A stretch of 64,000 nt of DNA from Malacoraja senta (taxonomy: Eukaryota), in the NCBI GenBank assembly GCA_038087875.1, contig CM075999.1:2730001-2794000 (forward strand), read 5' to 3'. Position numbers and translations under genes: made by a program. Under the pieces are notes generated by a model. It did not search any database. It saw only the letters and a program-made list of their open reading frames with translations, and was not told where the DNA came from. Positions 36,701 through 50,679 of this stretch are shown piece by piece; position 1 is the stretch's first letter; each line of letters starts with the position of its first letter.

Positions 36701-39700
36701 GGTCAGCACGGACTGAGTGGGCCGAAGGGCCTGTTTCCATGCTATATCTCTAAACTAAACTATGAACTAAACCAAATTAAACTTGGCACCTCTCTGTACT
36801 TGGCCCTGATGAATATGCAATATTCATCTCATTTAAAATGGACATTACAGTAAAAATGTGCTTTTCATCTTATAATGTTTAGTGTTTTTACGTGTCATTC
36901 CTAACTGTCACTGTATGTCGTTGTCACTTGCGGGCGGAGCACCAAGGCAAATTCCTTGTATGTGAATACTTGGCCAATAAACTTATTCACTCATTCATCT
37001 GAAGTTTCTGAATTTTATTTATGATATTCACCATTTTCCTATGTGGCATGTGCATGATGTGTCCATAATTAACTCACTCTAAATATTACTCACAAATGTT
37101 TGAACATCGTCCAGTTATTTAGTGTTTATTGCACTCTTACTCTCTATGAAGTTGTTGCAAATCTATAAATCACGGTCTGTAACCACAGCCCTGCATTCCC
37201 TGTCAATGTTCATGTCTCCTATCCTATAAGGACCGACTGTTCCTGGATGGGCCCCAACAGAAACTAATTATCACCTGTAAGTCTGGACATTTACTGGTTT
37301 AGATTTTGAAGTAGCAACAAGATCAGCAAAACTCGCCTCCTCCAACTTCATTGCTCGGAGAAGGTCATTAATTCATAAGTGATAGGAGCAGATTAGGCCA
37401 CTCGGCCCATCAAGTCTACTCCGCCATTCAATCATGGCTGATCTACCTCTCCCTCACAACCCCATTCTCCTGCCTTCTCCCTATAACCCCCGACACCCGT
37501 ACTAATCAAGAATCTGTCAATCTCCGCCTTAAAAATATCCATTGACTAGGCCTCCACAGCTGTCTGTGGCAATGAGTCCCCACAGATTCACCACCCTCTT
37601 TGTCTACAAGCCCTCAATGGGCTTGCCCCCACCTACATAAAAGGTCTTCTCACCCACCACTCCACCTCCAGGCCTCTCAGATCGGCCGACTTGGGGTTGC
37701 TGAATATCCCACGGTCTAGGCATAAGCTCAGGGGCGACCGCACCTTTGCGGTTGCAGCCCCTAGACTGTGGAACAGCATCCCCTTTCCCATTAGAACTGC
37801 CCCCTCCATCGACTCTTTTAAGTGAAGACTAAAAACTTATCTATACTCCCAAGCCTTTCCTGACGTCCTCTGAGTGAGGGCTACATGTATATATGTATGT
37901 AGTTTGTTTTGTTTATGCTATTCTTATAACAAATGTAAATCACTTTGGCCAACGAGAGTTGTTTTTTAAATGTGCTATATAAATAAATGTGACTTGACTT
38001 GGCTTGACTCTGGCTAAAGAAACTGACTGAGAAACTGACTACAGCATGAGGATATGAGACAGAGTCCTGGGACCTTTTGTATCAAGCTAAGAGCAGGATT
38101 AGAAACACATCTTCAGTCTGAGGAAGGGTCCCGACCCAAAACGTCACTTGTTCCTTTCCCCCAGAGATGCTGCCTGACCCGCTGAGTTGATCCAGCATTT
38201 TGTGTCTATCCACCTATCACTAGCCAGGCTTTGACCCACTTCCAAAGATAGACACAAAATGCTGGAGTAACTCAGCGGGACAGGCAGCATCGCTGGAGAG
38301 AAAGAATGGGTGCTGTTCCTCTGCCTCTCTTTACCAGCTTTCTCTCCTCCCCCCACCCACCCCACCCCCCCACCCCTTACTGCAATAGAGTCTGTAGAAG
38401 GTCCTGAGCCAAAACATCACCTGTCCATCCCCTCCACAGATGCTGCCAGATCTTTTGAGTTACTCCAGCACTTTGTATTTAACTCTAGATTCCCAACATC
38501 TGCAGTTCCTTGTATCGACATTTATAAATGCCGACTGCAAACTAAAGGATTGGATTTACTGAGATCGTTATTTACAATCAACATAAAAGGTGCTTCACAA
38601 GGATTTATTTTGAACATGTACATAACGAGCAGGAATCTCTCCCGATACCATTCTAAAACCTGATGAAATTGCAATTTATTTCTGTAAGAATTTGTGCTTT
38701 TTTGGGCAGCATTGTTTTTGTTAAGGTAGACAAAAATGCTGGAGAAACTCAGCGGGTGAGGCAGGCATCTATAGAGCAAAGGAAATAGGCATTTTTTCAG
38801 GCCAAAATGCTTCTTCAGACCATATATTTTAAAATCAAATTACTATCTTTTGGTAATTTCACATATTTGATAAATAAACTAAATATTGTGTCTGAAGATG
38901 GGTCGCGACCTGAAACCACCTATCCTTTTCTCCCCAGAAATGCTGCCTGACCCGTTGAGTTTCGTTTAGTTTAGAGATACTGTGCGGAAACAGGCCCTTC
39001 GGCCCACCGAGTCCGCGCCGACCAGCGATCCCCGCACACTAACACTATCCGACACACACTTGGGACAATTTACAATTTTACCGAAGTCTAATAACCTACA
39101 AACCTGTACGTCTTTGGAGCGTGGGAGGAAACCGGAGCACCCGGAGAAGACCCACGCGGTCGCAGGGAGAAGGTACAAACTCCATACAGACGGCACCCGT
39201 AGCCAGGATCGAACCCGGGTCTCTGGTGCTGTGAGGCAGTAACTCAACCATTGCAAATTATTCATCCATTCAGGGCTCTTTTTTTTTTTCACTTAAATTT
39301 TTATTGATTTTTCTGAGATGTATACAAACCAGTGCAACACCATCACCATAAATAAAACAAAATAAGAAAAACAGCAATCAAAATAAAAAAAATAAGTAGA
39401 TAGGGTGAAAAAACGAAGTAAATAAATAAAAAATTGGAATAAGACCGTGTGGTTCACTTACCAAATTAAAAAAGAAAAAACATTACATTGATTAGTTATC
39501 TGGTTTCTGATGTCATGGACAGCACAGAAAGAGGCCCTTCGGCCCAATTCGTCCATGCCAACCAAGATGCCCCAATTAATTTAGTCCCATTTGCTTGCGT
39601 TTATAGAGCCATAGGAGTATGGATAGATTGTATAAAACAACATGGCAGGACACAAAGTGCTGGAGTAACTCAGCGGGTCAGACAGCATCTCCGGAGAACA

Positions 39701-40202
39701 TGGATAGGTGACGTTTTGGGTCGAGACCTTTCTTTCTTCAGATAGAACATGTTGCACTTGCCTCATCACAGGTATCTTCAAACAAAACACACACCAAACT
39801 CACAGCACGGGGTGAGACCGGCACGGTGGCGCAGCGGTAGAGTTGCTGCCTCACAGCGCCAGAGACCCGGGTTCGATCCTGACTACGGGTGCCGTCTGTA
39901 CGGAGTTTGTACGTTCTTCCCGTGATCATGTGGGTTTTCTCCGGATGCTCCGGTTTCCTCCCACACTCCAAAGACGTACAGGTTTGTAGGTTAAATTGGC
40001 TTTTGTAAAATTGTAAAATTATTCCTAGTGTGGATAGGACAGTGTTGGTGTGCGGGGATCGGCGTGGACTCACTGGGCCGATATAGTTGTAAAGTTGTCC
40101 CTAGTATCACTAAACTAATCTAAACTAAATACATGTACACGTATACACACACACACACTGAAACAAACACGTGTTTGCACATATATACACGCACACACGC
40201 AC

Positions 40203-40235
<33 letters not shown>

Positions 40236-40278
40236 CACACACATACACACACACACACACACACACATACACACACAA

Positions 40279-40341
<63 letters not shown>

Positions 40342-43300
40342 TACACACACACATATACACAGGCACACACATACACACACATACACACACATGCACGCAT
40401 GTACACATAATACACACACGCACACACATACACACACATGTACACACACATATACCCACGCACACACATACACACCCATGCACACACATACACACATGCA
40501 CACACATACACACACATGTACACGTGTACACCCACACACACACACATACACACACATGTACACACACACACACACACATACACACACACACATGTACACG
40601 GGGCTGAAGTGCCTGTCTACATTGCTGTATCTGGCTTTGACTCCATGAAGTTTACTGTAGTCCATACAAAGTAAGTTGGAGCAGTTAATACGTGCCAACT
40701 TGCCTTAGATCCCACAATGTGATGAAACTCTCATGCTGCTAACCATTGATTGAATGTATTGGATTATTTTTGACCCGGGTGTGTTGTGATCTGTTTTAGG
40801 CTGGATTACCACTTCACAAAAGTCTGTCAGCACCCTAACTCGTGTCCTAGTTTGGTCACCTTGCGGGTAAACAGCCCTTCTGAAAAATCGGTGCTGGCAG
40901 TGCAGACAAACGGTCAGAGGCAGCTGTTAGAGCCTCTGGCTGTAAGTTGAAGCAATTAATATATTTACTGTCATTGCAAATGCTCCAGCAAACCTGGAAA
41001 GATTCTGCAGGTCTGACTGACTGCTGGCAGCTGTACTTCACATCCCCACCAGACTCATCTATAAAATTATCATTGCCTGTCTCAAAGAAGCCATTGTACT
41101 CATCGACTGAGTACCTCGGCTCCAGGGCGGCATGGTAGAGTTAGTTCAGCTTAGTTTATTGCCACGTGCACCGAGGTACACTGTTAGAGGTGGTAGCCAA
41201 TTAACCTGCAAACCTGGAGTGTGGGAGGAAACCTGAGCACCCGGAGAAAACCCACGCAGGTCCACGGGGAGAACGTACAAACTCCGTACAGACAGCACCC
41301 GTAGTCAGGATGGAACCCGGGTCTCTGGCGCTGTGAGGCAGCAACTCTACCGCTGCGCCCTGGACAAGTGTGGTGGCATCGCAATAACCTCTAGATCGCT
41401 GAGGCAGCACGGTGGCGCAGCGGTAGAGTTGCTGCCTCGCAGCGCCAGAGACCCGAGTTGACCCAATCAAGGGGGGTGATTGGAGGGGTGGGGGGGGGGG
41501 ACGAGGGGCGGGCCTGGTTCACCACTGTGAACAGAAGATAAAACTGTTCGATGAACTTGTTTCAACCTTTTCGGTGTCAGAAACGTGGCGACTCTTGTGT
41601 ACTGCCGAGGTGATGAGTGCTGCGTGATTTTTACCAGGTTGTACGAAAAACACAGCATTTCACTGTACTTAGGTACATGGGACAATAAAATATCATTGAA
41701 TCATTGAGGAGCGTTTGACGGCACTGGGCCTGTACTCACTCGGGTTTAGAAGGATGAGGGGACACCTCATTGAAACGTACCGAATAGTGAAAGGCCTGGA
41801 CAGAGTGGATGTGGAGAGGATGCTTCCACTAGAGGGAGAGTCTAGGACTAGAGGTCACAGCATCAGAATTAAAGGACGTTCCTTTAGGAAGGAGATGAGG
41901 AGGAATTTATTTAGCCAGAGGATGGTGAATCTGTGGAATTTATTGGTGAATCTGTGGAATTCATTGCCACAGACAGCTGCGGAGGCTAAGTCTTTGGGAG
42001 TTAAGTGTTTAAGTATTTTTAAAGCGAAGATTGACAGATTCCCGATTAGTAAGGTTGTCAGGTTAATTGGCTTGGTATAAGTGTAAATTGTCCCTCGTGT
42101 GTGTAAGATGGTTTTAATGTACGGGGATCGCTGGTCGGTGTGGACTCAGTGGGACAAAGGGTCTGTTTCTGCGTTGTATCTCTAACACTAAAACTTCAGC
42201 CCACCAAGTCCGCACCAACCATCGATCACCTGTCCTATGTTATCCCACTTTCTCATCCACTCCCTGGGCAATTCACAGAGGGCCAATTAACCGACAAACC
42301 CGTAATGTCTTTGGGACGTGGGAGGAAACCGGAGCCACAGGGAGGAAACCCACGCGGTCACGGGGAGAACGCGCAAACTCCACATAGACAGCACCCGAGG
42401 TCAGGATCGAACCCGGGTCTCTGGCGCTGTGAGGCAGCAACTCTACCCAATCTCCACCACTCTGCCACCCGGACCTGCTGCAGAGTCCCATGTCACTGAG
42501 TTGTACAGCACGCAAGCTGGCGCTTCGGCCCATCAAATCAATGCTGCCCCTTTTGCCTATCCACACTAATCCCCGTTTAAGAACCCACCTTGTGTCTCCC
42601 GTGCGACCAGTGTGGTCGTTTCTGAACCACCCTCCAGCCTTGTGCCCTCAGGGATGCTCTATCCATGCTAGCAGATAGAGAAAAAGTACTGGGGCAACTC
42701 AGCGGGTCAGGCGGCATCTCTGGAGAAAAGGAATAGGTGACGTTTCGTGTCGAGACCCTTCTTCAGACTGAGCGTCAGGGATGAGGGAAACTAGAGGTAT
42801 GAAAAGGTACAAAGGACAAAGCAGAGCATGACTCGGGAAAGGTGGAGCCCACAATGGTCCATTGTTGGCTGTGGATGAGATGTTAACCAAGGGATACAAA
42901 CAGGGAAACTAACAAGATGACCAGGGTGGAGAGAGAGGGAAAGCAAGGGGCTACTTGAAGTTAGAGAAATCAATGTTCATACCGCTGGGGTGTAAGCTGC
43001 CCGATCGAATGATGAAGGTGCTGTTCCTCCAATTTGCATTTGGCCTCGCTCTGACAGTGGAGGAGGCCCAGGACAGAGAGGTCAGTGTGGGAATGGGAGG
43101 GGCAGTTAAAGTGTTTGGCAACCGGGAGATCAGGTAGGCCAAGGCGGACTGAGCATAGGTGTTCAGCGAAAAGATCGTCCAGTGTGCGCTTGGTCTCACC
43201 GACGCATCTACACCAGCCTTGGTACTGACATCTACACCCCACGAACCATTAAAAGTAAGGCAGGTTCAGCTGGAATTACCCCAAGATAACACCAACACGG

Positions 43301-46300
43301 AACTCCATTCTGTGAATAAATATTCTGTGAATATCTCACATTTCTTACAACCCAGCGGTATGTGTTTTGATTTCGCTAACATCAAGTAACCCTTGCATCC
43401 CCTCTCTCTCTCTGTCCCACCCCCACCCTGGTCACTGTTCCTAGTTTCAATGTTGTCCTGGTGAGTTTCATTGTCTGTAACTCGTTTTCACCTAGCCCAC
43501 ATAACTATGGCCTGTTTCCTTTATCAGCGCTATTTTTTGCACATCTTTTCTTCCTTTGTCGTATATCTCTCCATATCACCCAAATGGGTGTCGGAGGTTA
43601 TGGGGAGAAGGCAGGAGAATGGAGTTAGCAGGGAGAGATACATCAGCCATGATTGAATGGCGGAGTAGACTTGAGAGGCCGCATGGCCCAATTCTGCTCC
43701 TATCACATGATCTTATGATCACCGTCTATATCCCTTGTTTCCCTTTCAATAGACAATAGGTGCAGGAGTAGGCCATTCGGCCCTTCGAGCCAGCACCGCC
43801 ATTCAATGTGATCATGGCTGATCATCCCCAATCAGTACCCCGTTCCTGCCTTCTCCCCATATCCCCTGACTCCGCTATCTTTAAGAGCTCTATCTAACTC
43901 CCTCTTCTTCTTCTTGCGTATGGCGTGCACAGCCTAAAGTTGTAGGACAACTTGTTCTATTTGATCTTATTTGATTGTGCATTTGATTGCATTTGTCGAA
44001 ACAGGGTGGACCACGTGAAGGTTGCATTCTCCCACCCCTAGCTCTCTCTTGAAAGTATCCAGAGAACCAGCCTCCACCGCCCTCTGAGGCGGGGAAATCC
44101 CACAGACACGTGACTCTCCCCCGACTGTCAGTCTGAACGAGGGTGGCGGCCCGAAACGTCGCCCATTCTCTCTCTCCAGAGATGCCGCCTGACCCGCTGA
44201 GTCTATCTTCAAACAAGCTTTGTCGCCTTCATCTGCCTTCCATTGAATCACGCTGTCTTTTAAAATAAAGAACCAAAACATGAGACTAAAAGACAACACA
44301 CATTTGGTAGTAACTTGATACAGTTCATCTGGAATGGGAAAGATTTTTGCTGCCAGGAGTCTCGAGAACAATTTACAGGACTGCAGATATGCAAACGTTG
44401 TGCTGGGGTGCAGGAACTGATAAATTAGTTGTGTGTGCATCCCAGTTCCCAAAGCTTGCTATAAAAACAATAAACTGTTGTAGAGGCAAGTCGTTACGTA
44501 AGTTTTATTACTTTAACATTTACTCATCATTGATGGGTGAAACAGTGAAAGCATTTTCAAAGTGTTTAAGAAGGACCTGCAGATGCTGGAAAATCGAAGG
44601 TAGACAAAAGTGCTGGAGAAACTCAGCGGGTGCGGCAGCATCTATGGAGCGAAGGAAATAGGCAACGTTTCGGGCCGAAACCCTTAAGGAAATAGGCAAC
44701 GTTTCGGGCCGAAACCCTTAAGGAAATAGGCAACGTTTTGGGCCGAAACCCTTAAGGAAATAGGCAACGTTTCGGGCCGAAACCCTTTAAGGGTTTCGGC
44801 CCGAAACGTTGCCTATTTCCTTCGCTCCATAGATGCTGCTGCACCCGCTGAGTTTCTCCAGCACTTTTGTCTACCAAAGCATTTTCAAAGTTGCTTTCCT
44901 GCTGAGAAATAGTTTAAACTATGTCGGTGGTGCCTGGAAGTAATGTTAGCCAGTGATTAAGTGTTTTCATGGTTATTTCAATGATTATGCATTTCAAATA
45001 AAATACAGAGGTTCTTGTAATTGCATGGCATGTGTTAATAAAGTGCCTGAAGTGTGATCTTTTCAGCTTATTTTAGTTTAGTTTTAGAGATGCAGAGCGG
45101 AAACAGGCCCTTCGGCCCACCGAGTCCGCACCGACCAGTGATCCCCGCACACTAACACTATCCTACACACACTGGGGACAATTTACATTTATACCAAGCC
45201 AATTAACCTACAAACCTGCACGACTTTGGAGTGTGGGAGGAAACTGAAGATCTCGGAGAAAACCCACGCAGGTCACGGGGAGAAAGTACAAACTCCGTAC
45301 AGACAGCACCCGTAGTCAGGATCGAACCTGGGTCTCTGGCGCTGTGAGGCAGCAACTCTACCCGCTGCACCACCATGCCGCCCTGAAAGCTTTCATTCAT
45401 AGTGTTCAAAAATAGTTCAGCTCAGTTTAGTTTATTGTCAGCTGTACCGAGGCACAGCGAAAAGCTTGTGTTGCATCCTAACCAGCCAACAGATGTTGGG
45501 GGAGTCCAGAACCAGGGGCCACAGTTTAAGAATAAGGGGTAAGCCATTTAGAACGGAGATGAGGAAACACTTTTTCTCACAGAGAGTTGTGAGTGTGGAA
45601 TTCTCTGCCTCAGAGGGCAGTGGAGGCAGGTTCTCTGGATGCTTTCAAGAGATAGCTAGATAGGGCTTAAAAATAGCAGAGTCAGGGGATATGGGGAGAA
45701 GGCAGGAACGGGGTACTGATTGGGGATGATCAGCCATGAACACATTAAATGGCGGTGTTGGCTCGAAGGGCTAAATGGCCTACTCCTGCACCTATTGTCT
45801 ATTGGCTATTGTCTAAAATAACAGGGTTAGACAGGCTAGGACTATGTTCCTTGGAGTGTAGGAAGCTGAGGAGTGATCTTGTAAAGGTTTCCTCCGGGTG
45901 CTCTGGCTTCCTCCCACATCCCGAAGACGTGCGGGTTTGTAGGTTAATTGGCTTCTGTAAATTGCCCCTAGTGTGTAGGGAGTGAATACTAAGGTGAGAT
46001 AAGATGGAAGTAGTATGAAGATCGATGGTCGGCATGGGCTCAGCGGGCTGAAGGGCCCATTTCCATGGTGTGGCTCAAACCAAATCTAAAACTAAAACAG
46101 ACGCCCCTGATGCTGGGACCTGCACATATCATAAGGAATAGGAGTAGAATTAGGCCATTCTGCCCATCACGTCTACTCCGCAATTCAATCATGGCTGATC
46201 TATCTCTCTCTCCTAACCCCATTCTCCTGCCTTCTCCCCATAACCCCTGACACCCGTACTAATCAAGAATCTATCAATCTATGCCTTACAAATATCCACT

Positions 46301-46685
46301 GACTTGGCCTCCACAGCCTTCTATGGCAATGAATTCCACAGATTCACCACCCTATGACGAAAGAAATTCCTCCTCATCTCCTTCCTAAAGGAACGTCCTT
46401 TAATTCTGAGGCTGTGGCCCGACCCGAAACGTCACCCATTCCTTCTCTCCACAGATGCTGCCTGTCCCGCTGAGTTACTCCAGCATTTTGTGTCTATCTT
46501 CGAGTTAAACCAGCATCTGCAGTTCCTTCCTGCACAGTTCGTCTTCAGTTCAGCTTAGTTGAGTTTATTGAGTTTAGTTTGAGTTGAGACTGTTCCCAGC
46601 CTGAAGGAAGGTGTCCCGACCCGAAACATCACCTATCCATGTCCTCCAGAGATGCCGCCTGTCCCGCTGGGTTACCCGTGTCTCA

Positions 46686-47134
46686 CTTTTACGAGGCGCT
46701 TTTTATTAAGGACACGGCGCCGCTGTTGGGACGCGCTGGTTGGGTCTGGGAGGAGCGGGGGGTCCTTGTGTCCGAGGGTCGCTGCTCCCGGCCGCCAGTT
46801 GTCACTCAGTCCCACTGGAGGCCGGGCCCAGGATCCGGCAGCGATTGGAGACAGGCGAGGATATCATCTATCATCTATCATCCACCCACCCCCTCACTCG
46901 CCAGTGAACGTGGAGTTCTTCCAACGCCCGTGTCCCCGGCAAAGTAGCTGCGAGTCATGTCCAAAGTGTGTGGAATATCCCAGTCACTCCAACAACTGCC
47001 CGGCGCTAGCTACACCTTACACGCAGGAGGGACTCCCTTTACAGACTGCTAACTCACCCTGCGAGCCTCCCCTTGCCAAGAGTATTAGATTCCTCGGTGG
47101 GACTCTGGGGTGGACTATGCTCGAGTCTTGTTAG
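46686..47134 (+). promoter_or_regulatory. CpG-rich putative promoter and non-coding first exon of the VGLL gene (copy B)
   Basis: No difference from 25585-26033 seen by eye; donor AG|GTAAGC at 47134/47135. Confidence 0.55.
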
Positions 47135-50100
47135 GTAAGCTTGGAATGTTAGCTGTTTTTATGTACTATGTACTATCTCTCTGTCAATCGCCGCCTATAT
47201 CTCTCGTCCCCCACCCCCCGAAGACAGACACAAAATGCTGGAGTAACCCAGCGGGACAGGCAGCGTCTCTGGAGAGAAGGAATGGGTGACGTTTCGGGTC
47301 GAGACCCTTCTTCAGACTCCTTTCTCCTGACTCTCAGTCTGATGAAGGGTCTCGACCCAAAACGTCACCCATTCCTTCTCTCCAGAGATGCTGCCTGTCC
47401 CGCTGAGTTACTCCAGCATTTTGTATACATCTTCAGTTTAAACCAGCATCTGTAGTTCCTTCCTGAACATAAACTTTTGAAGGGTCCCGACCCGCAACGT
47501 CGCCTTTAAGAGTGTTTTATTGTGATTTGCCCCGAAATTCTTACTTATATTGTTCAATCTGACGTGTAGATAGGAACTGCAGATGCTGGAAAATTGAAGG
47601 TAGACAAAAAGTGCTGGAGAAACTCAGCGGGTGCAGCAGCAGCATCTATGGAGCGAAGGAAATAGGCAACGTTTCGGGCCGAAACCCTTCTTCAGACAGA
47701 GAGCCAGGGGAGAGGGAGAAACTCTCAGTCAGAAGAAGGGTCTCGACCCGAAACGTCACCCATCCCTTCTCTCCAGAGAAGCTGCCTGTCCCGCTGAGTT
47801 ACTCCAGCATTTTTGATGTCTTCAATAGTCGATACCGTTTCGGGTCGAGACCCTTAAAAAGTTTATGTTTAGGAAGGAACTACAGATGCTGGTTTAAACT
47901 GAAGATGTATGCAAACTGCTGGAGTAACTCAGCGGGTCAGGCAGCATCTATGGAGAGGATGAATTTCGGGTGGCTTTTCGGGTCGAGACCCTTCGTTAGA
48001 CTCTATTCGCAACGTTGAACAGACAGTCTAGTGTGGTTCCCGGTTCAGAAGAAAGTTCCAGATCCGTAAAGTCGCCCGTCCATTCCCTCCACAGATGCTG
48101 CCTGACCCGCTGAGTTCCTCCAGCATTTTGTGTTTGGTCGGGACTGCTCGGTGCACAGCTGTCCCATCCCGGTCTTCCACCGGTGGGGAACTGAACCAAC
48201 CGCAGGTAACGTTTCCTAAGTGAAGCACAACGAAATTCTCAGCATCTGCAGTTCCTTGTGAAATTAAACTTCATCTCAAATTGGCCCAAATCTGGAGTTC
48301 ACTTTTTGAAAGGGTAGACACAGAGTGGTGGAGTAACTCAGCGGGACGGGCAGCATCTCTGGAGAACATGGATAGTAAGGAGCGAAAGAAATACGAAAAA
48401 GTAATGATGATAAAGGAAACAGGGCCATTGTTAGCTATTTGTTGGGTGAAACCAAGAAGCTGGTGAACTTGGGTGGGGGAGGGAATGTCGGGGGTTTCTG
48501 TCCCGCTGAGTTACTCCAGCTTTGTTGTGTCTCTTCGCTTCAACCCTTCAACAATATTCTGTTGTGCTGCAGCAGGCAAGAATTTCATTGTCCTATCTGG
48601 GACACATGACAATAAAACTCTCTTGACTCACTAATTGTGACAGAAGAAATATCAGATTGGGAAAAAAAAATACAGATACAACGTGCTGGAGTAACTCAGC
48701 GGGACGGGCAGCATCTCCGGAGAGAAGGAACGGGTGACTTTTTTTTTAAAGAATTTCGTTGTTCCTTTCGCAATTACTTGACCCTTCAAGTAATTTGAGC
48801 CGAGTGTTCTGCTGTGATTTCTGTTTAAATACATACCGAATTGCGTTGTTAAATATAGAAACAAGGGACTGCAGATGAATGCGCAAAAAGACACAAAGTG
48901 CTGGAGTAACTCAGCGGGTTCAGGCAGCATCACTGGAGAAAATGAATAAGTGGCGTTTTTGGGTCGAGACCCTTCTTCAGAGACGCTGCCCCGACCTCCT
49001 GTACTTTTGTGTTTAAGAAAGAACTGCAGATGCTGGAAAAATCGAAGGTAGACAAAAACGCTGGAGAAACTCAGCGGGTGAGGCAGCATCTATGGAGCGA
49101 AGGAAATAGGCGACGTTTCGGGCCGAAACCCTTAAGGGTTTCGGCCCGAAACGTCGCCTATTTCCTTAAGGGTTTCGGCCCGAAACGTTGCCTATCTCTC
49201 TCTCTCTCTCTCCATCCCTCTCCCACCCTAGTTCTCCCACTAGTTTCACTGTCCTCCTGATAGAATGTTACTGATTGTCCCCTCAGCCAACAATGTTCTT
49301 CATTTCTTTACTCCCCTTTGATCTCTCGTTTTCACACCTCCCCCCCCCCCCCCCACAGCTTGCAATGGCCTATCTCCTTTATCATCGTTACTTTTTTGTA
49401 TATCTTGCATTCATTTATTTGTTCTATATCTCTCTCTACATCACCGTCTATACCTCCTCGTTTCCCTTTTCACTTGACTCTCACGGTCTGAAAAAGATTG
49501 TTAAGGGCTTGGACACGCTAGAGGCAGGAAACATGTTCCCGATGTTGGGGGAGTCCAGAACCAGGGGCCACAGTTTAGGAATAAGGAGTAAGCCATTTAG
49601 AACGGAGACGAGGAAACACTTTTTCTCACAGAGAGTGGTGAGTCTGTGGAATTCTCTGCCTCAGAGGGCGATGGAGGCCGGTTCTCTGGATGCTTTCAGG
49701 AGAGAGCTAGAGAGCGCTCTTAAAAATAGCGGAGTCAGGGGATATGGGGAGAAGGCAGGAACGGGGTACTGATTGGGGATGATCAGCCATGATCACATTG
49801 AATGGCTCGAAGGGCTGAATGGCCTACTCCTGCACCTATTGTCTATTGTCTATAGTCTATTAATCACTGGTCGGTGCGGACTCGATGGGCCGAAGGGCCT
49901 GTTTCCGCGCTGTATCTCTAAAACTAAAATATAAAGGCGTACGTAATGACGAAACAAGTGTATTGAATTGAACTTCAGTTAACCTACTCAAGGAGTTGAA
50001 TTTACAATGCATTCAATTTCAAGGGTCTAAAGGACAATTCTTCAGTGGATTAAAATATATAGTTTTTGAGCTGAAATGTGAATATTTAATGCTATTAAGT

Positions 50101-50456
50101 TTAGTGCTTATTATATCAATATGTATACCAAAATTTGTATATCTCGAGTGTGAGAGCCACTGAGAGGAAGGTCAGTAATTCCATTGTCGACAGGCACAAA
50201 AATAGCGGAGTCAGGGGATATGGGGAGAAGGCAGGAACGGGGTACTGATTGGGGATGATCAGCCATGATCACGTTGAATGGCGGTGCTGGCTCGAAGGGC
50301 CAAATGGCCTACTCCTGCACCTATTGTCTATTGCGACGCCACCCATTCCTTCTCCCCAGAGATGCTGCCTGTCCCGCTGAGTTACTCCAGTTTGTTTTGT
50401 GTCTCCCTCTTGCAGATTGTCAGTGTGTGTGTTCGCGAGTGCAGTGGGGTTTGTCG

Positions 50457-50679
50457 ATGGAAGCCTCAACTTCTTCCAGCCCGGCCACCAGCAAAGAGGA
50501 GGCGCGGAGGGAGCAGGAGCGACCCGAGGCGGAGTACATCAACTCCAAGTGTGTCCTCTTCACCTACCTCAACGGGGACATCAACGCGCTGGTGGACCAG
50601 CATTTCACCCGCGCTCTGAGCAACTATAACCCCGACGCCAGAAGCACCAGAGGCCGCAAAGGGAGCACTGGGTCTTCAG
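50457..50679 (+). CDS. Vestigial-like (VGLL2-like) Tondu-domain exon, copy B (exon 50416-50679)
   Basis: Same translation and splice sites as 28448-28711. Confidence 0.92.
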
